From Amphiscolops sp. MND2022 (Eukaryota), in assembly GCA_964187785.1 (NCBI GenBank), contig OZ076409.1, positions 8,992,001 to 9,056,000 on the forward strand: a stretch of 64,000 bases of DNA, read 5' to 3'. The notes beneath the pieces are model-generated. The model was not told where the DNA came from. It saw only the letters and a program-made list of their open reading frames with translations, and did not search any database. The position numbers and the translations under genes are program-made. This document shows, in pieces, positions 62,171 through 64,000 of this stretch (position 1 is its first letter; every line of letters begins with the position of its first letter).

Positions 62171-63029
62171 TGAAGTTCCAGCGGATGCCTAGATTTTTGT
62201 AGTTGATCTGGACGGACACGGTGATTCTTTTTCTTGTCCAATGAAGAATAGCTGTAAAAACACCATCGTACCAAAATGCAGATAATCATCGCGGTCAATA
62301 TTTATAACGCAATCGTAAAATGCAGTCAGATTCTTTGCGGACATTTCATTGCCGGACCTTTTAGTCCGACAAAAGCAGACATTTCACTCCAAGACTTCAA
62401 GTGCCAAAAATGATATCGATTCCGCCCTATTTGTTAAAATGCAATACCATTATCCCGGCTATTAACCCTATTATTGAAAGAATCATTTGACACCTTATAC
62501 CTTGGAAAAAAATTTCGTATATGGAATGGTATGAACTGAAATTTCTGCAGGTATAAATTTTTTGGGATTGAAAGGGTTGTTGTTGGGACTGGATTGTCTG
62601 GGTGCGAATCGAATTCGAGAATACATTATGAGTAAAACTACCCTAATTATGGAAAACTCAAACCTGTCGAGATTCTTGGACGGAAACCGTTTCTTGGAAG
62701 AAATCATCTGGAAAGACAACGATCGAAAACAAAAAAACCTCAGCCTAATCATAATCATGACAAAATGTAAAGAAAGTTACTTCCGAGAAATACGATAAAC
62801 TGAACAAAACTTATCGTCCTAAAGACCCATTGACACCCGATTTTTATAACATTATAAAAGTGTTATTAGAATTTATAACATTAGAACAGTGTAATTGAGA
62901 TTCATGCAAGTTTTAAAAAAAAGTAGTAGACAGGACGAAAAATTCCAGAGGTGATAAACGCTATTTAAATCGATAGTTGCTCCAACATGTTTTTTCCATA
63001 TTCAGGAAAGTTGATTTCGGCTTTCATTT

Positions 63030-64000
63030 TTATGAGATAGAAGTTTCTAATTTTGATTTTGGCAGTAGCAAAAAGACACCTTTTTTGAGCATATTGTTTG
63101 GCACGGTGTTCCACAGGGGTACAGTTTTCTTGAAAAATCTGTTTCTCAGAAAATCAGATCTACAAAGGATTTTGAAGTTAAGAGTCTCGGTTCTGGATTG
63201 TTTTTGTATTTTGACAGTGTCTAGTTGTGAGTCTCGGAACACCGGGATTATACTGTTTGTCCATTTCCTAATGTATGATATTGATTTGTTTTTGAGAAAG
63301 TATCGGATCGGTAGGATGTTATGTTTGATCTTAAGATCGGATGATCGATCGTACTTTGTTCGATTGAAAGACGCTTTTATTCCCTAATTCAGTTGTTTTT
63401 CTAAAGTCGTATTGAGATTTTTGAGTTAACCCATTCAAAAAAAGTGCCGGGTAGTGGAGATGACTGTTACGAGGGCAATCAATAGCAGTCAAGAATTTTT
63501 TCAGGAAGATGGTCTCTGATGTAATAGAGAGTTTTGATTCCGCATGCCATTTTCCGGAGTATATGCTTAACTTCTTCGTAGAATGTTAGGTTTTGGTCCA
63601 GTTAGACACCTAAATATTTGATAGTGCTACTTGAGTGATTGATTTCAACTTTAACAACAAAGTTGGCGTTTTTGTATTTATTGTTTTAGTTTGTGGTTTG
63701 GAAGGTGATAAAGTTCGTTTTGTCTGCGTTCAATATCAGTTGATATTTTCCAAAAATTGATAGAGATTGTTAACTCAAGTGAACAAACTGCTGATTCAAT
63801 TTTTTACTTGAGGTAAAGACCACGGTATTATCCGCATATTGCACAATGATGCATTTGTGATCAATGCAAGTATACAAACTGTTCGCGTATGTGTTGAATA
63901 GAAGAGGTCTAAAACTGTACCCTGCGGAACACCTTGATATTTGGTCCAATCAGAGTTGCAACTAGGAAGTTTCTATTTTGAATTCTGTATCTGAGGAAAC
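63030..64000 (-). mobile_element. Non-LTR retrotransposon (LINE) RT and C-terminal fragment, decayed, runs off window
   Basis: Minus-strand GVPQGTVL (~63915-63935), YADNT (~63825-63838), LNADKT, FFKKTVPLWN. Confidence 0.8.

Overview
Eukaryotic (probably invertebrate animal) genomic DNA made mostly of nested or adjacent mobile elements. (1) 1-20355: right-hand part of a decayed Polinton/Maverick (adintovirus-like endogenous dsDNA virus) with protein-primed PolB, major and minor capsid, rve integrase, two tandem A32-type packaging ATPases, an adenain-like protease and an AGTAGT-type terminus. Its PolB is split by a non-autonomous Bel/Pao LTR element (3363-9917). (2) Two full-length, diverged Ty3/Gypsy elements of ~16.5 kb with 5-bp TSDs, in divergent orientation: A at 22081-38721 (minus) and B at 40267-56753 (plus). 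They share an unusual architecture. About 200 codons of gag lie inside the LTR and the frame reads through the LTR end and PBS. A large antisense, intron-containing gene with a BED-like zinc finger, resembling a catalytically dead hAT transposase, lies downstream of pol with intron positions conserved between the two. A further sense CxxC ORF ends inside the 3' LTR. (3) 56.8-64 kb: host-like DNA with interspersed repeats, a small MITE, an intronless PAN/C-type lectin gene with one frameshift, and a LINE RT fragment. All calls come from manual reading of motifs and repeats; no database search was run.
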